In this document: positions 16,445-24,972 of the stretch, in pieces
Position numbering within the stretch: the first letter of the stretch is position 1
Layout of the letters: each line of letters opens with the position of its first letter
Assembly: GCA_043812915.1 (NCBI GenBank)
Contig: JBDRLQ010000014.1
Coordinates: forward strand, 1 to 25,347
From: Candidatus Micrarchaeota archaeon
GTDB taxonomy: Archaea; Micrarchaeota; Micrarchaeia; Anstonellales; Bilamarchaeaceae
Length of the DNA: 25,347 bases
Direction: 5' to 3'
Made by a program: the position numbers and the translations under genes
Notes under the pieces: generated by a model
What the model was told of the DNA's origin: nothing
What the model saw: the letters and a program-made list of their open reading frames with translations, nothing else
The model's database searches: none

Positions 16445-16476
16445 CCTTCTCTTTTATTTTTTCCCTTCTTTTTTCT
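16445..16476 (+). terminator. Oligo-T tract after the SIMPL gene
   Basis: CCTTCTCTTTTATTTTTTCCCTTCTTTTTTCT fills most of the intergenic gap. Confidence 0.45.
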
Positions 16477-16479
16477 AAT

Positions 16480-16974
16480 ATGAACTGGCGACCCCATTTT
16501 GTATTCGGCTGCGCAGCGGCTGCCATAGCATTCATACTGATTCTTCCCCTGCTCGGGCTTTATGAGTGGGACAACCCCCTGCTCCTGATGCTCCTCATAC
16601 TGTTCGGTGGAATGAGCGCTCTTGTACCCGACCTGGACCATCACGAGAGCAAGGGGAAAGCGGTCCTGGACGTCGGATTCGTTGTTATTGTCGCATTCTA
16701 TGCCTACAACACCATGTGCGGCGGAATGGGGCTCTGCGTCCCGCCCTATGAGGCGGTGCAGGAGATGATACAGCTGTTCCTCGCGATGGTGGGTGTATAT
16801 TTCCTATTCTTCAGGTTCTTCAAGCCGGCGCACAGGGGAATCACACATACGGTGCTGGCCTCGGTGCTCTACGGGCTTATTATCTTCGCCTTATTGGATG
16901 AGTATTTCGCTGCTGCGGCTGTTGCCGGATACGTTTCGCACCTGGCAGCAGACATGCACATAAAACTAGCCTAA
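16480..16974 (+). CDS. Membrane-bound metal-dependent hydrolase (YdjM/DUF457 family)
   Basis: N-terminal His plus PDLDH, HRGITHT and SHLAAD motifs with several TM helices. Confidence 0.9.
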   Translation: MNWRPHFVFGCAAAAIAFILILPLLGLYEWDNPLLLMLLILFGGMSALVPDLDHHESKGKAVLDVGFVVIVAFYAYNTMCGGMGLCVPPYEAVQEMIQLFLAMVGVYFLFFRFFKPAHRGITHTVLASVLYGLIIFALLDEYFAAAAVAGYVSHLAADMHIKLA

Positions 16975-17342
16975 AGCGCCTCTTCCTTCTTCCTTTCGCA
17001 GCGGACATTCAATGACTTTTCAAGGCGGCTATCTATTATGCCGTCCTTGTTGTAGATATAGAGCGTGACATCGCACTTGTACATCTGGGGGGCGGAATAT
17101 TTATTTGCGTAGACACGCACGCCTTTCTCAAGGAATTCCCTCGTGCCCACAATGCCCACACGCACACGGCCCTTGCGGAGCTCGCTGTCAGGGCTGAGGG
17201 AAAGCTTTTCCGGGACCTTGACATCAGCCTCAGCCCATAAAGAGTGCTCACCGCGGTTCTCAACGCGTGAAATGAGCTCAAGGTAGTTGTTGGTGTAGCA
17301 GAAAAGCACCTCAGGATGCGTGCGTAGCTGGAATTTTATCAA
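16971..17342 (-). CDS. Hypothetical protein, beta-rich (possibly Ig-like)
   Basis: TTG start with a strong GGTGAGGT RBS. Alternating hydrophobic pattern. Fills the gap and overlaps the convergent gene by 4 nt. Confidence 0.75.
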   Translation of the reverse strand: MIKFQLRTHPEVLFCYTNNYLELISRVENRGEHSLWAEADVKVPEKLSLSPDSELRKGRVRVGIVGTREFLEKGVRVYANKYSAPQMYKCDVTLYIYNKDGIIDSRLEKSLNVRCERKKEEAL

Positions 17343-17407
17343 TACCTCACCTTAATGTGTAACTAATTGCGGGTAAGCTTTTTATATTTGACCTGGAAAA
17401 CCAGTCT

Positions 17408-17857
17408 ATGATTCCGGAATCAAAACTGATTAAGTCAGAGATTACTATACGCGAGCTTTCGCTGCCTGATGATGTCATCCTTGCCAGAAAATCGCTTATC
17501 CGCTGGCTTGCGCTCTCCCTGGGCCTGATAACACCCAACGAGAGCCGGAGGCTGCTACTCGACGTTTTTGACTCCCTCCTTGACTTCCATGTGAAAAGCG
17601 AGAATCCGACCACCAAGGACATCCTGGACCAGCTTGAGAGCAAAACAAAGGCCAAGCAGAACCCAAAGGCCGTATATTACCACCTTCTGCGGCTAAAGGA
17701 CTTCGGAATAATCTCCAGGAAAAAAGGCAGGTACTTCTTCGGTGACGGCGAGGGGAAGAGGCTATCGGAGCTCTTCAAGCACTTCTACATGATGAAGACC
17801 AATCAGGCGTTCGAGAACATCGAGACCGCGCTCAACAAGCTCGAGAGCAAATATTAG
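17408..17857 (+). CDS. Hypothetical winged-helix (ArsR-like) DNA-binding protein
   Basis: PTTKDI...NPKAVYYHLLRLKDFGIISRKKGRY is a wHTH pattern. TTTTTATA about 22 nt upstream suggests a leaderless mRNA. Confidence 0.75.
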   Translation: MIPESKLIKSEITIRELSLPDDVILARKSLIRWLALSLGLITPNESRRLLLDVFDSLLDFHVKSENPTTKDILDQLESKTKAKQNPKAVYYHLLRLKDFGIISRKKGRYFFGDGEGKRLSELFKHFYMMKTNQAFENIETALNKLESKY

Positions 17858-17900
17858 CCCCTTTCAGTCGGATGTCGTAGTCAGCTGTCCCACTCCATAT

Positions 17901-17908
17901 TTTTATAA
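17901..17908 (+). promoter_or_regulatory. TATA box for HMG-CoA reductase (probably leaderless)
   Basis: TTTTATAA 23 nt before ATG 17932. Confidence 0.55.
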
Positions 17909-17931
17909 GGCTTTTCGAGGATATCGTCTTC

Positions 17932-19179
17932 ATGTCTGAGTTCTCAGGTTTCTATAAGCTTTCAGTAGAGGAAAGGCTCAAGAGAGTAAAGGAGCATGCC
18001 AAGCTCACTGACGCGGAGGCCGCCGTGCTCTCTGACGAGGGTGCGCTCAAGAATGCGACCGCCGACAAGATGATAGAGAATGTCATCGGGACAATGCATC
18101 TTCCCCTGGCCCTTGCCACGAACTTCAGGATTAACGGGAAGGACTATATCATTCCCATGGCGGTCGAAGAACCCTCGGTGGTCGCGGCAGCATGCAGGGC
18201 CGCCAAGCAGACACTCCCCCAAGGCTTCAAGGCAGAAGCTGATGAGCCAATCATGATAGGGCAGCTTCAGATTACCGACATAGATGACATCCTCCTGGCG
18301 CAGAAGAATCTCGAGGCCAACAAGGCAGAGGTGCTCAATAAGGCAGCCGAGTTCATGAAACCCCATGAAAGATATGGCTGCGGAGTGCATGATGTCGAAT
18401 GGCGCGTGAGAGTGACTGGCAGCGGCACAATGCTCGTCCTTAATTTCATGATTAACGTTGGTGACGCGCAGGGCGCGAACATGGTGAACACAACGCTTGA
18501 AGGCGTAACCCCATTCATCATTCCTTTGACGGGCGGACAGGCGAGGCTCAGGATTGTGAGCAACCTGGCGGATCGGCGGAAAGTTGCCGTCAGCGCGGTG
18601 TGGAAGAAGGATGCCATCGGAGAGAATGTCATTAGCGGAGTGCTTGAGGCCTACGAATTCGCCAAGGCTGACATCTACAGGTGCGCGACCCACAACAAGG
18701 GCATCATGAACGGGATTGATGCAGTCGCGATCGCCACCGGAAATGACTGGAGATCAGTGGAGGCTGGGGCGCACTGCTTCGCTTCCATGGGCCAGTACCA
18801 CCCGTTAACAAGATATGAGAAGAACGAGAAAGGGGACCTGGTCGGGACCATTGAGCTGCCGATGGCTGTTGCCACAGTAGGCCCGGCGATAAGCACAAAT
18901 CCCACGACAAGCATCGCCATAAAGATTATCGGGGCAAAAAGCTCAAGGGAGCTGGCGATGGCAATCGCAGCCGTCGGGTTGGCCAACAACTTCGCCGCCC
19001 TATCCGCCCTCTCAACCGAAGGGATACAGAAAGGGCACATGAAGCTGCACGCGAGGAATATAGCCGCGTTCGCAGGGGCGAAGGATGATGAGGTCAACAA
19101 AGTCGCTGAAAAGCTCGGGCAGGAGAAGAAATTCACTGTCGAAAGGGCAAAGGAGATTCTTGAGGAGATGAGGGCTTGA
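17932..19179 (+). CDS. mvaA: HMG-CoA reductase, class II
   Basis: ENVIG, EEPSVVAA, DAQGAN (DAMG variant), THNKGIMNGIDA, GNDWR and GIQKGHMKLH. Confidence 0.96.
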   Translation: MSEFSGFYKLSVEERLKRVKEHAKLTDAEAAVLSDEGALKNATADKMIENVIGTMHLPLALATNFRINGKDYIIPMAVEEPSVVAAACRAAKQTLPQGFKAEADEPIMIGQLQITDIDDILLAQKNLEANKAEVLNKAAEFMKPHERYGCGVHDVEWRVRVTGSGTMLVLNFMINVGDAQGANMVNTTLEGVTPFIIPLTGGQARLRIVSNLADRRKVAVSAVWKKDAIGENVISGVLEAYEFAKADIYRCATHNKGIMNGIDAVAIATGNDWRSVEAGAHCFASMGQYHPLTRYEKNEKGDLVGTIELPMAVATVGPAISTNPTTSIAIKIIGAKSSRELAMAIAAVGLANNFAALSALSTEGIQKGHMKLHARNIAAFAGAKDDEVNKVAEKLGQEKKFTVERAKEILEEMRA

Positions 19180-20138
19180 TAGCGTATTACCTTTTCTTCG
19201 GAGCTGCCGCTTTTTCCGTTACATATATCCTTACGAACGTCATCATCCCGAGGCTGAAAGCCGCTGGCATTACTGGGGATGACGAGAACAAGCCCGGGCG
19301 GCCGAAGATCGCCGAAATGGGGGGCCTTGCGATTGTTGCCGGCCTCACCGCAGGGATACTGCTCGCGATTTTCTTCAACACGTTCATGGGATTCGATTTC
19401 CACCTTGTGAACATGCTGGCCGCCCTGATTACCATACTGCTTATCGCATTCATAGGTGTTGTTGATGATTTGCTCAATGTCCCGCAGTGGATGAAGGCAC
19501 TGCTGCCACTCGGTGCAGCAATCCCCCTTGTCGCTGTCAGCGCTGTCGGGAGCACAGTAATCGGCATCCCGTTCCTGGGGGAGATCGATTTCGGGATAAT
19601 CTACATCATCGCGCTTGTGCCGCTTGCTGTCGCGGTGGCATCAAACCTCTCAAACATGTTCGCTGGATACAACGGGATGGAAGCCGGAATGGGCTCAATT
19701 ATCTTCCTGACGATCTTCCTTATCGCATATGCCCATTCCCTTCCTGAGATGGCAATCATCTCAATCGCCATGCTTGCGGCCCTTCTTGCTTTCCTGAAGT
19801 TCAACTGGTTCCCGGCCAAGGTATTCCCAGGAGATGTCGGGAACCTGACAATAGGCGGAACGCTCGCGGCGGCAGTGATAATAGGGAATTTCGAGACTGC
19901 CGGGGCCCTGCTCATGATTCCGTATGTGATAGATTTCTTCATTAAACTGAAAAATAGGCTGCCCCACACCCATTCGGAAATCAGGGATGGGAAGCTGTTC
20001 CCATTGGATGGAAAAGTGAAGGGCTTTGTCCATGTTGCCATGAAGATGTTCAATGGAATTAGGGAGAGGGACCTTTCAGTGCTCTTCATCGCTGCGGAAG
20101 GGGTTTTCGCGATAATACTGTTCCTGCTCTACTTGTGA
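19176..20138 (+). CDS. UDP-GlcNAc:polyprenyl-phosphate GlcNAc-1-phosphate transferase (AglH/ALG7/MraY family)
   Basis: DENKP...AEMGG, GVVDD, NMFAGYNGME and PAKVFPGDVG motifs in a polytopic membrane protein. TTGA overlap with the mvaA stop. Confidence 0.9.
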   Translation: MIAYYLFFGAAAFSVTYILTNVIIPRLKAAGITGDDENKPGRPKIAEMGGLAIVAGLTAGILLAIFFNTFMGFDFHLVNMLAALITILLIAFIGVVDDLLNVPQWMKALLPLGAAIPLVAVSAVGSTVIGIPFLGEIDFGIIYIIALVPLAVAVASNLSNMFAGYNGMEAGMGSIIFLTIFLIAYAHSLPEMAIISIAMLAALLAFLKFNWFPAKVFPGDVGNLTIGGTLAAAVIIGNFETAGALLMIPYVIDFFIKLKNRLPHTHSEIRDGKLFPLDGKVKGFVHVAMKMFNGIRERDLSVLFIAAEGVFAIILFLLYL

Positions 20139-20842
20139 TGGAGGTCCTTGAGCAGCTGAGATGTCTCGAATTCCTCATTGAGCCTCTCATATTCAGAGAC
20201 CTGCCCGATATCGAACCACACGCCATCGAATATGAATGAGTTGATTTTCCCGCCATTCTTAAGAATCCTGGGGAACACATCCCTGGCGAAATCATCTTTT
20301 TCATTAATGTAGTTGAATATTTCGGGCTCGAAAACATATATCGCCACGTTGTAGAGGTATTCTATCAGCGGCTTCTCCTGGAAGCCTGTCACGAATCCAG
20401 CCTCGTCAGTCTGGGCAATGCCGAACTGCAGGGGAATCTTCTTTCGCAGAAGCGCTATCGAGGCCACTGCGCCGCTCTTCTTGTGGCTCTCGAGCATCTT
20501 CTTGACATCTATGTTCGTGATGTGGTCTCCCATCGCCACGACGAAGGTGCCCTTCACCTTGGATTTGTGTGGGAGCACCGAGCCGGCAGTATTCAGCTTC
20601 TCAGTTTCTTTCGCATGCTCAATCTTCACCCCAAGCTCCGCGCCATCCCCGAAATACTCCTCAATCTTGCCTGCCAGATATCCGGAGGTGAGGACGAAAT
20701 CCTTCAATCCGCCCCTCCTGAGATTCTCGATTACATACTGAAGTATCGGTTTTCCCCCAATCGGAAGCATGGGCTTCGGAGTGGTGTAAGTGTAAGGTCT
20801 CAGGCGGGTTCCCTCTCCGCCGCACAAAACAAATGCTTTCAT
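20129..20842 (-). CDS. Sugar-phosphate nucleotidyltransferase (NTP_transferase family), without a left-handed beta-helix domain
   Basis: LCGGEGTRLRPYT..TPKPM, FQEKP and WFDIG. A GGTGA RBS supports ATG 20842. Confidence 0.92.
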   Translation of the reverse strand: MKAFVLCGGEGTRLRPYTYTTPKPMLPIGGKPILQYVIENLRRGGLKDFVLTSGYLAGKIEEYFGDGAELGVKIEHAKETEKLNTAGSVLPHKSKVKGTFVVAMGDHITNIDVKKMLESHKKSGAVASIALLRKKIPLQFGIAQTDEAGFVTGFQEKPLIEYLYNVAIYVFEPEIFNYINEKDDFARDVFPRILKNGGKINSFIFDGVWFDIGQVSEYERLNEEFETSQLLKDLHHK

Positions 20843-20871
20843 CTGATCACCAATATCTGATTTTATGCCGT

Positions 20872-21492
20872 TCATTTTATGAATATGTATCCAAGGGCTG
20901 CGCCTGCTATTGAGCAGATGAAATTTGTGGTCCCCTTGGTCCCGATGCCCCGTTCTTCCAGAACCCCGAAAACGCTGTCCACAACAGAGCCTCCGAGCCC
21001 GGCAAGGCCGATAAGGAACGCGGCGGTCGCGTTGATGTCAAAAAGGAAGAACGCGCCAAGGCCTATCGCAGTTGCCCCTGCAAGGGACGCCACAGTCCCC
21101 ATGGCAGTCACCGCTCCGCTAACTCCTGGCTTGACAGGCTGGAAAGTCTCCAGCGAAATCGGCTTTCCACGGTCAAGCACTCCCAGCTCAGAGCCGAACT
21201 TGTCCGCCGTGACAGCGGCGACGCAGGCGATATACGGAATCGCGCCTATGAAAGGGCTGGCGACTGCCAGTATTGTTGGCAGGAATCCGTTTGACAATAC
21301 ATTCTCCCAGCCCCGCTCGTGCTCATAGATCCCCATATCCCGCTTTGTCTCATGCTCATAGCGGGTGACAACAATAGCAAGCAAGAAAAAGAAGAGCATA
21401 AGGGCCAGATATTCCCAGCCGCCATATGCAGTTATCAGGACCCCCATGATAAAGGCGAGCAGAATGCCGCCCTTGTCAAGAACCCTGGCCAT
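20872..21492 (-). CDS. DUF92 (TIGR00297/TMEM19/VTE6-like) integral membrane protein
   Basis: RGWENVLSNG, ADKFGSELG, V.PG.SGAVT..GT, GSVVDS.FG and TNF motifs. Confidence 0.9.
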   Translation of the reverse strand: MARVLDKGGILLAFIMGVLITAYGGWEYLALMLFFFLLAIVVTRYEHETKRDMGIYEHERGWENVLSNGFLPTILAVASPFIGAIPYIACVAAVTADKFGSELGVLDRGKPISLETFQPVKPGVSGAVTAMGTVASLAGATAIGLGAFFLFDINATAAFLIGLAGLGGSVVDSVFGVLEERGIGTKGTTNFICSIAGAALGYIFIK

Positions 21493-21510
21493 TTATAAAG
21501 CACCAAAAAC

Positions 21511-21834
21511 CTATCTGCGAAGTATAATCTCTATCGCAGAGACCTTGTTCCTTGAGCCGTCCTCGGATGTCAGTTCCTCGGTGGATATCGCGATGTCCTT
21601 GATGGATGAATTCGGCATGAACCTGTTCCTTACGATTTCGACTACGTCAACCACCCTGGAAATCAGCTTCCCCCTAGCTTTTATGGTCACTTCATCGGCG
21701 TTATTATTGAACTGGGTGACGACCGCCAGGACATATCCCATGGCGCCTTTCTTGCCAACAAAAACAACGTTGTCGTCTCTCCCTCTTCGGACCTCTGCCA
21801 TGCCTTTGGCCGTGTGCTCATTTGATTCTTCCAT
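21511..21834 (-). CDS. albA: DNA/RNA-binding protein Alba
   Basis: [26 protein letters not shown] and VSAIEI. An AGGTGA RBS supports ATG 21834. Confidence 0.95.
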   Translation of the reverse strand: MEESNEHTAKGMAEVRRGRDDNVVFVGKKGAMGYVLAVVTQFNNNADEVTIKARGKLISRVVDVVEIVRNRFMPNSSIKDIAISTEELTSEDGSRNKVSAIEIILRR

Positions 21835-21988
21835 GGGTATCACCTATTTCGTCGCGTATGTATGCATTAATGATGTGAACGCAATTTCCTCAGTAGAGAA
21901 AAACCATTAGCATAAGCAAAGCCAATAAATTTAAATGTTTCTCAGTGTTCAAGCTATTTCCAAGACTAATCTCAAAAAGGTAAATAGA

Positions 21989-23734
21989 ATGCCAGTAAGA
22001 ATAGCGGTTATCGACAGGGAATTGTGCATAAAGGAGAGATGCGGCTACGTATGCTCCAAAGTATGCCCTCCGAACCGGATGGGCGAGGAGTGTATTGTTG
22101 TTGATGATGAGACAAAGTTCCCGGTGATTTCAGAAATTTTATGCATAGGGTGCGGCATCTGCGTCAAGAAATGCCCCATGAAGTGCATTGCGATTATCAA
22201 TCTTGCCAGGGAGCTTGAGAATCCGATTTACCAGTATGGTGTGAACGCCTTCAGGCTCTACGGCCTTCCGCTTCCCAAGGAATCAGGCGCTGTTTCCCTT
22301 ATCGGGAAGAACGGGATAGGGAAAACGACCGCAATCAAGCTTCTGAGCCGGCAGATGGACCCGAACTTCGCGGTATTCACGGGCCTTAGCAAAGAGGAGA
22401 TATCCGAAAGGCTCTCAATGGAGGCCCGGAGGTACTTCGAACGTGCGGGGACCGAGTTGAAGGTGTCCAGCAAGCCGCAGTACATCAACCGGATACGCGA
22501 TGTGTTTTCCGGCACTGTTGATGAGCTGCTCAAGGAGACCTCGGGCAGGGAGGATATTTCAGCCCTCGTCGGGATGTTCGGCCTTGAGAAAGTTATGAAG
22601 AGGAAGATTTCGCAGCTCTCCGGCGGGGAATTGCAGAAAGTCGCGATAGCGGCCGCGTATGTGAAGGACGCCGACATCTATTATTTCGACGAGGTCACCA
22701 ATTACCTTGACATTGAGGAGAGATTGCGCGTTGCAGTCATCCTAAAGGAGCTTGCCGAGCGCAGGAGCGTGCTGATTGCGGAGCATGATTTGACGATACT
22801 CGACTATGTCAGCACGTACGTCAGCGTCTTCTATGGGGAGGAAAATGTCTACGGTGTAGTTTCCGGAGTGAAGAACGTGAGGGTTGGCATCAACGAATAC
22901 CTGCGCGGCTTCCTGAAGGATGAGAATATGAGGTTCAGGGAGTATGAAATCGGATTCTCAGGCTACAGCGAGGGTGAAGTTAGGGCGCCCAATGCGCTTG
23001 AATACGGCTCATTTGAGAAGAAATTCGAAGGATTCATATTCAGGAGCGAGCCTGGCGCAATCCGCAAGGGGGAAATTCTGGGCCTTGTCGGGAAGAACGC
23101 GCTTGGAAAATCCCTGCTCGTGAAGATGATGGCGGGGGAGGAGAAGCCTGATTCTGGAAATGCCCTTGATCTGAGGATTTCCTACAAGCCGCAGTACATA
23201 TCTTCCGATGAGCGCACCGTGCTTGAGGTTCTAAATGAGAAGGCGGTGAGGGGGACAATCCTGGAGGAGTGCAAAAGGAGGCTGAAGCTGAACATACTAA
23301 TGGAGAAGAAGCTCTCGGAGCTCTCCGGCGGAGAATTGCAGAGAGTGGCAATAGCAAAGGCCCTTAGCACTGAGGCTGACATCTACCTTTTTGATGAGCC
23401 CTCTGCATTCCTGGACATAGAGCAGAGGTTCGAGTTCGCAGACCTGCTGCGAAAGGTCATCAGCGAGAGCGGAAAGAGCGCCTTCGTTGTTGACCACGAT
23501 GTCGTTTTTATGGACGCCATAGCCAACAGGCTGATTATCTTCGAGGGGAAGAGCTCTGTCGAGGGGCATGCCACCATGCCGCTGAACAAGAAGAAGGGGA
23601 TGAACAGCTTCCTGAAGGTCGCCGGGATTACGATGAGGAGGGACAAGGACACCAAAAGACCCAGAATAAACAAGCCCGGCTCGAACCTGGATTCCCAGCA
23701 GAAAGAAAGCGGCAACTACTACTATACGAACTGA
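21989..23734 (+). CDS. Ribosome recycling ATPase ABCE1 (RLI)
   Basis: N-terminal 2x[4Fe-4S] Cys motifs (CIGCGICVKKCP), two ABC domains with LSGGELQ, and hinge RRD....RPRINK..S..D..QK..G.YYY. Start MPVRIAVID. Confidence 0.96.
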   Translation: MPVRIAVIDRELCIKERCGYVCSKVCPPNRMGEECIVVDDETKFPVISEILCIGCGICVKKCPMKCIAIINLARELENPIYQYGVNAFRLYGLPLPKESGAVSLIGKNGIGKTTAIKLLSRQMDPNFAVFTGLSKEEISERLSMEARRYFERAGTELKVSSKPQYINRIRDVFSGTVDELLKETSGREDISALVGMFGLEKVMKRKISQLSGGELQKVAIAAAYVKDADIYYFDEVTNYLDIEERLRVAVILKELAERRSVLIAEHDLTILDYVSTYVSVFYGEENVYGVVSGVKNVRVGINEYLRGFLKDENMRFREYEIGFSGYSEGEVRAPNALEYGSFEKKFEGFIFRSEPGAIRKGEILGLVGKNALGKSLLVKMMAGEEKPDSGNALDLRISYKPQYISSDERTVLEVLNEKAVRGTILEECKRRLKLNILMEKKLSELSGGELQRVAIAKALSTEADIYLFDEPSAFLDIEQRFEFADLLRKVISESGKSAFVVDHDVVFMDAIANRLIIFEGKSSVEGHATMPLNKKKGMNSFLKVAGITMRRDKDTKRPRINKPGSNLDSQQKESGNYYYTN

Positions 23735-24151
23735 TTACTGCGGCGCCTTGAACACCGCGGAATCCAGTTTCGTTATATCTATTACTTCCCGGTATTCCGC
23801 GGGATTGAATGTGTCCCCTTTCCAGACTACCATTATCTCATTCCTTGAAATCCTGGCCGCGAACAGGACTTCGCTCCTGAGCGAGAATGCTTCCCCGATG
23901 CGATTGACTGTGCGGGTGCCCATCTCGGAAAGAAGGTAATCGCGCACCTTGATTATCGCGGCGTGGGCAGTCATTCCATTATTGCTTCCAAGGACAATGC
24001 TGAAGCCCCTGATTATCCCATTCTCCTTCATCTTGTTGAACCTGAGATAGACTGTAGGCTTTGGAACCTGTAAAATTTCTGCTATTTTTGTTAGCGGCAT
24101 GCTGGCGTCGCGCTGTAATAATTCTAGTATCTGCCGGTCTAAATCATCCAT
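23735..24151 (-). CDS. Lrp/AsnC family transcriptional regulator
   Basis: MDDLDRQILELLQRDA.....IA..L.....TV..R..KM...GII.GF HTH signature. The C-terminal domain is divergent. Confidence 0.9.
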   Translation of the reverse strand: MDDLDRQILELLQRDASMPLTKIAEILQVPKPTVYLRFNKMKENGIIRGFSIVLGSNNGMTAHAAIIKVRDYLLSEMGTRTVNRIGEAFSLRSEVLFAARISRNEIMVVWKGDTFNPAEYREVIDITKLDSAVFKAPQ

Positions 24152-24191
24152 TTTCTAGCCTCGGATATAAAATTCCTAATGAGAAGATGTG

Positions 24192-24215
24192 GAGATAACT
24201 ATTAATAGATTTCTC
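24192..24215. promoter_or_regulatory. Imperfect 24-bp palindrome over the probable TATA box of the KaiC-like gene
   Basis: GAGATAACTATTAATAGATTTCTC, with 10 of 12 pairs complementary. Confidence 0.45.
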
Positions 24216-24231
24216 TGAATATAGAATTTTT

Positions 24232-24972
24232 ATGGAACTTACTGCCTTTCCATCACTTGAACCGATATTGAAGGGAGGACTGCCCAAGGGCGATCAGATC
24301 CTTGTTTCCGGGCCGCCAGGCTCGGGCAAGACTATCCTTTGCATGCATTACATTTTCGAGGGAATCAAAAAGGGGGAAAATGGAGTGTTTTTCACTCTTG
24401 ACAGCGAAAAGGATTACCTGATAGAGCAGATGAGGGGCCTTGGCGTCGATGCGCATAAGTTGATAGAGGGCGGAAAACTGGATATCGTTGAGCTTAATCC
24501 GGCAGATATCTATCTGCTCCTTGATGATATGGCCAAGCATGTAAAGAGACTGGAGGCCAAGCGCATAGTTCTGGATTCCCTGTCGATACTCTCTGTCTAC
24601 TGCGGCTCCTACCGGAACCTTCCTGAAGACCTGATCTCATTCCTTGACAAGGTTAAAAGCCAGCCGCCGATAGCACTGGGGGACTCGATTCAGAAGCAGA
24701 TGATCTACGCCGTTCTTTCGGAAATCAGGAAGTTCGGGTGCACTGCCCTTCTGATTTCAGAGCTCTCAAGGGACTCCAAATGGTATTCCAGGGACACAAT
24801 CAGCGAATTCGCGTGCGACGGCATAATACTTCTTGAATACCACATAATGGGCGCCGCAGGAGTGACAAGGACGCTTTCCATAGTGAAGATGAGGAAAAGC
24901 AAATACCGGGAAGGCGTCTATGAATTCAGGATAACTGAGAAGGGGATAGAGGTTTCGGAAGTGGATGAGTAG
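24232..24972 (+). CDS. Single-domain KaiC/RAD55-like RecA-superfamily ATPase
   Basis: GGLP, Walker A GPPGSGKT, Walker B RIVLDSLS, SEFACDGII, R.L.IVKMR and F.ITEKGI. Confidence 0.93.
   Translation: MELTAFPSLEPILKGGLPKGDQILVSGPPGSGKTILCMHYIFEGIKKGENGVFFTLDSEKDYLIEQMRGLGVDAHKLIEGGKLDIVELNPADIYLLLDDMAKHVKRLEAKRIVLDSLSILSVYCGSYRNLPEDLISFLDKVKSQPPIALGDSIQKQMIYAVLSEIRKFGCTALLISELSRDSKWYSRDTISEFACDGIILLEYHIMGAAGVTRTLSIVKMRKSKYREGVYEFRITEKGIEVSEVDE

Noticed and set aside
17962..19403. Two antisense ORFs of about 243 aa over mvaA and the AglH-like gene
   Set aside because: Shadow frames with no recognisable protein features.
21869..21950. C/D-box sRNA suggested by ATGATGT
   Set aside because: The C box is imperfect and no CTGA D box follows on the same strand.
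21935..21988. Extended N-termini in the ORF track (ABCE1 21935; also 312, 5996, 6454, 12456, 20875, 21843)
   Set aside because: Downstream ATGs match the family N-termini and have better-placed RBS motifs.
24232..24972. Circadian clock KaiC or RadA/RadB recombinase call
   Set aside because: It has a single domain, no kaiA or kaiB nearby, and KaiC/RAD55-type rather than RadA motifs.
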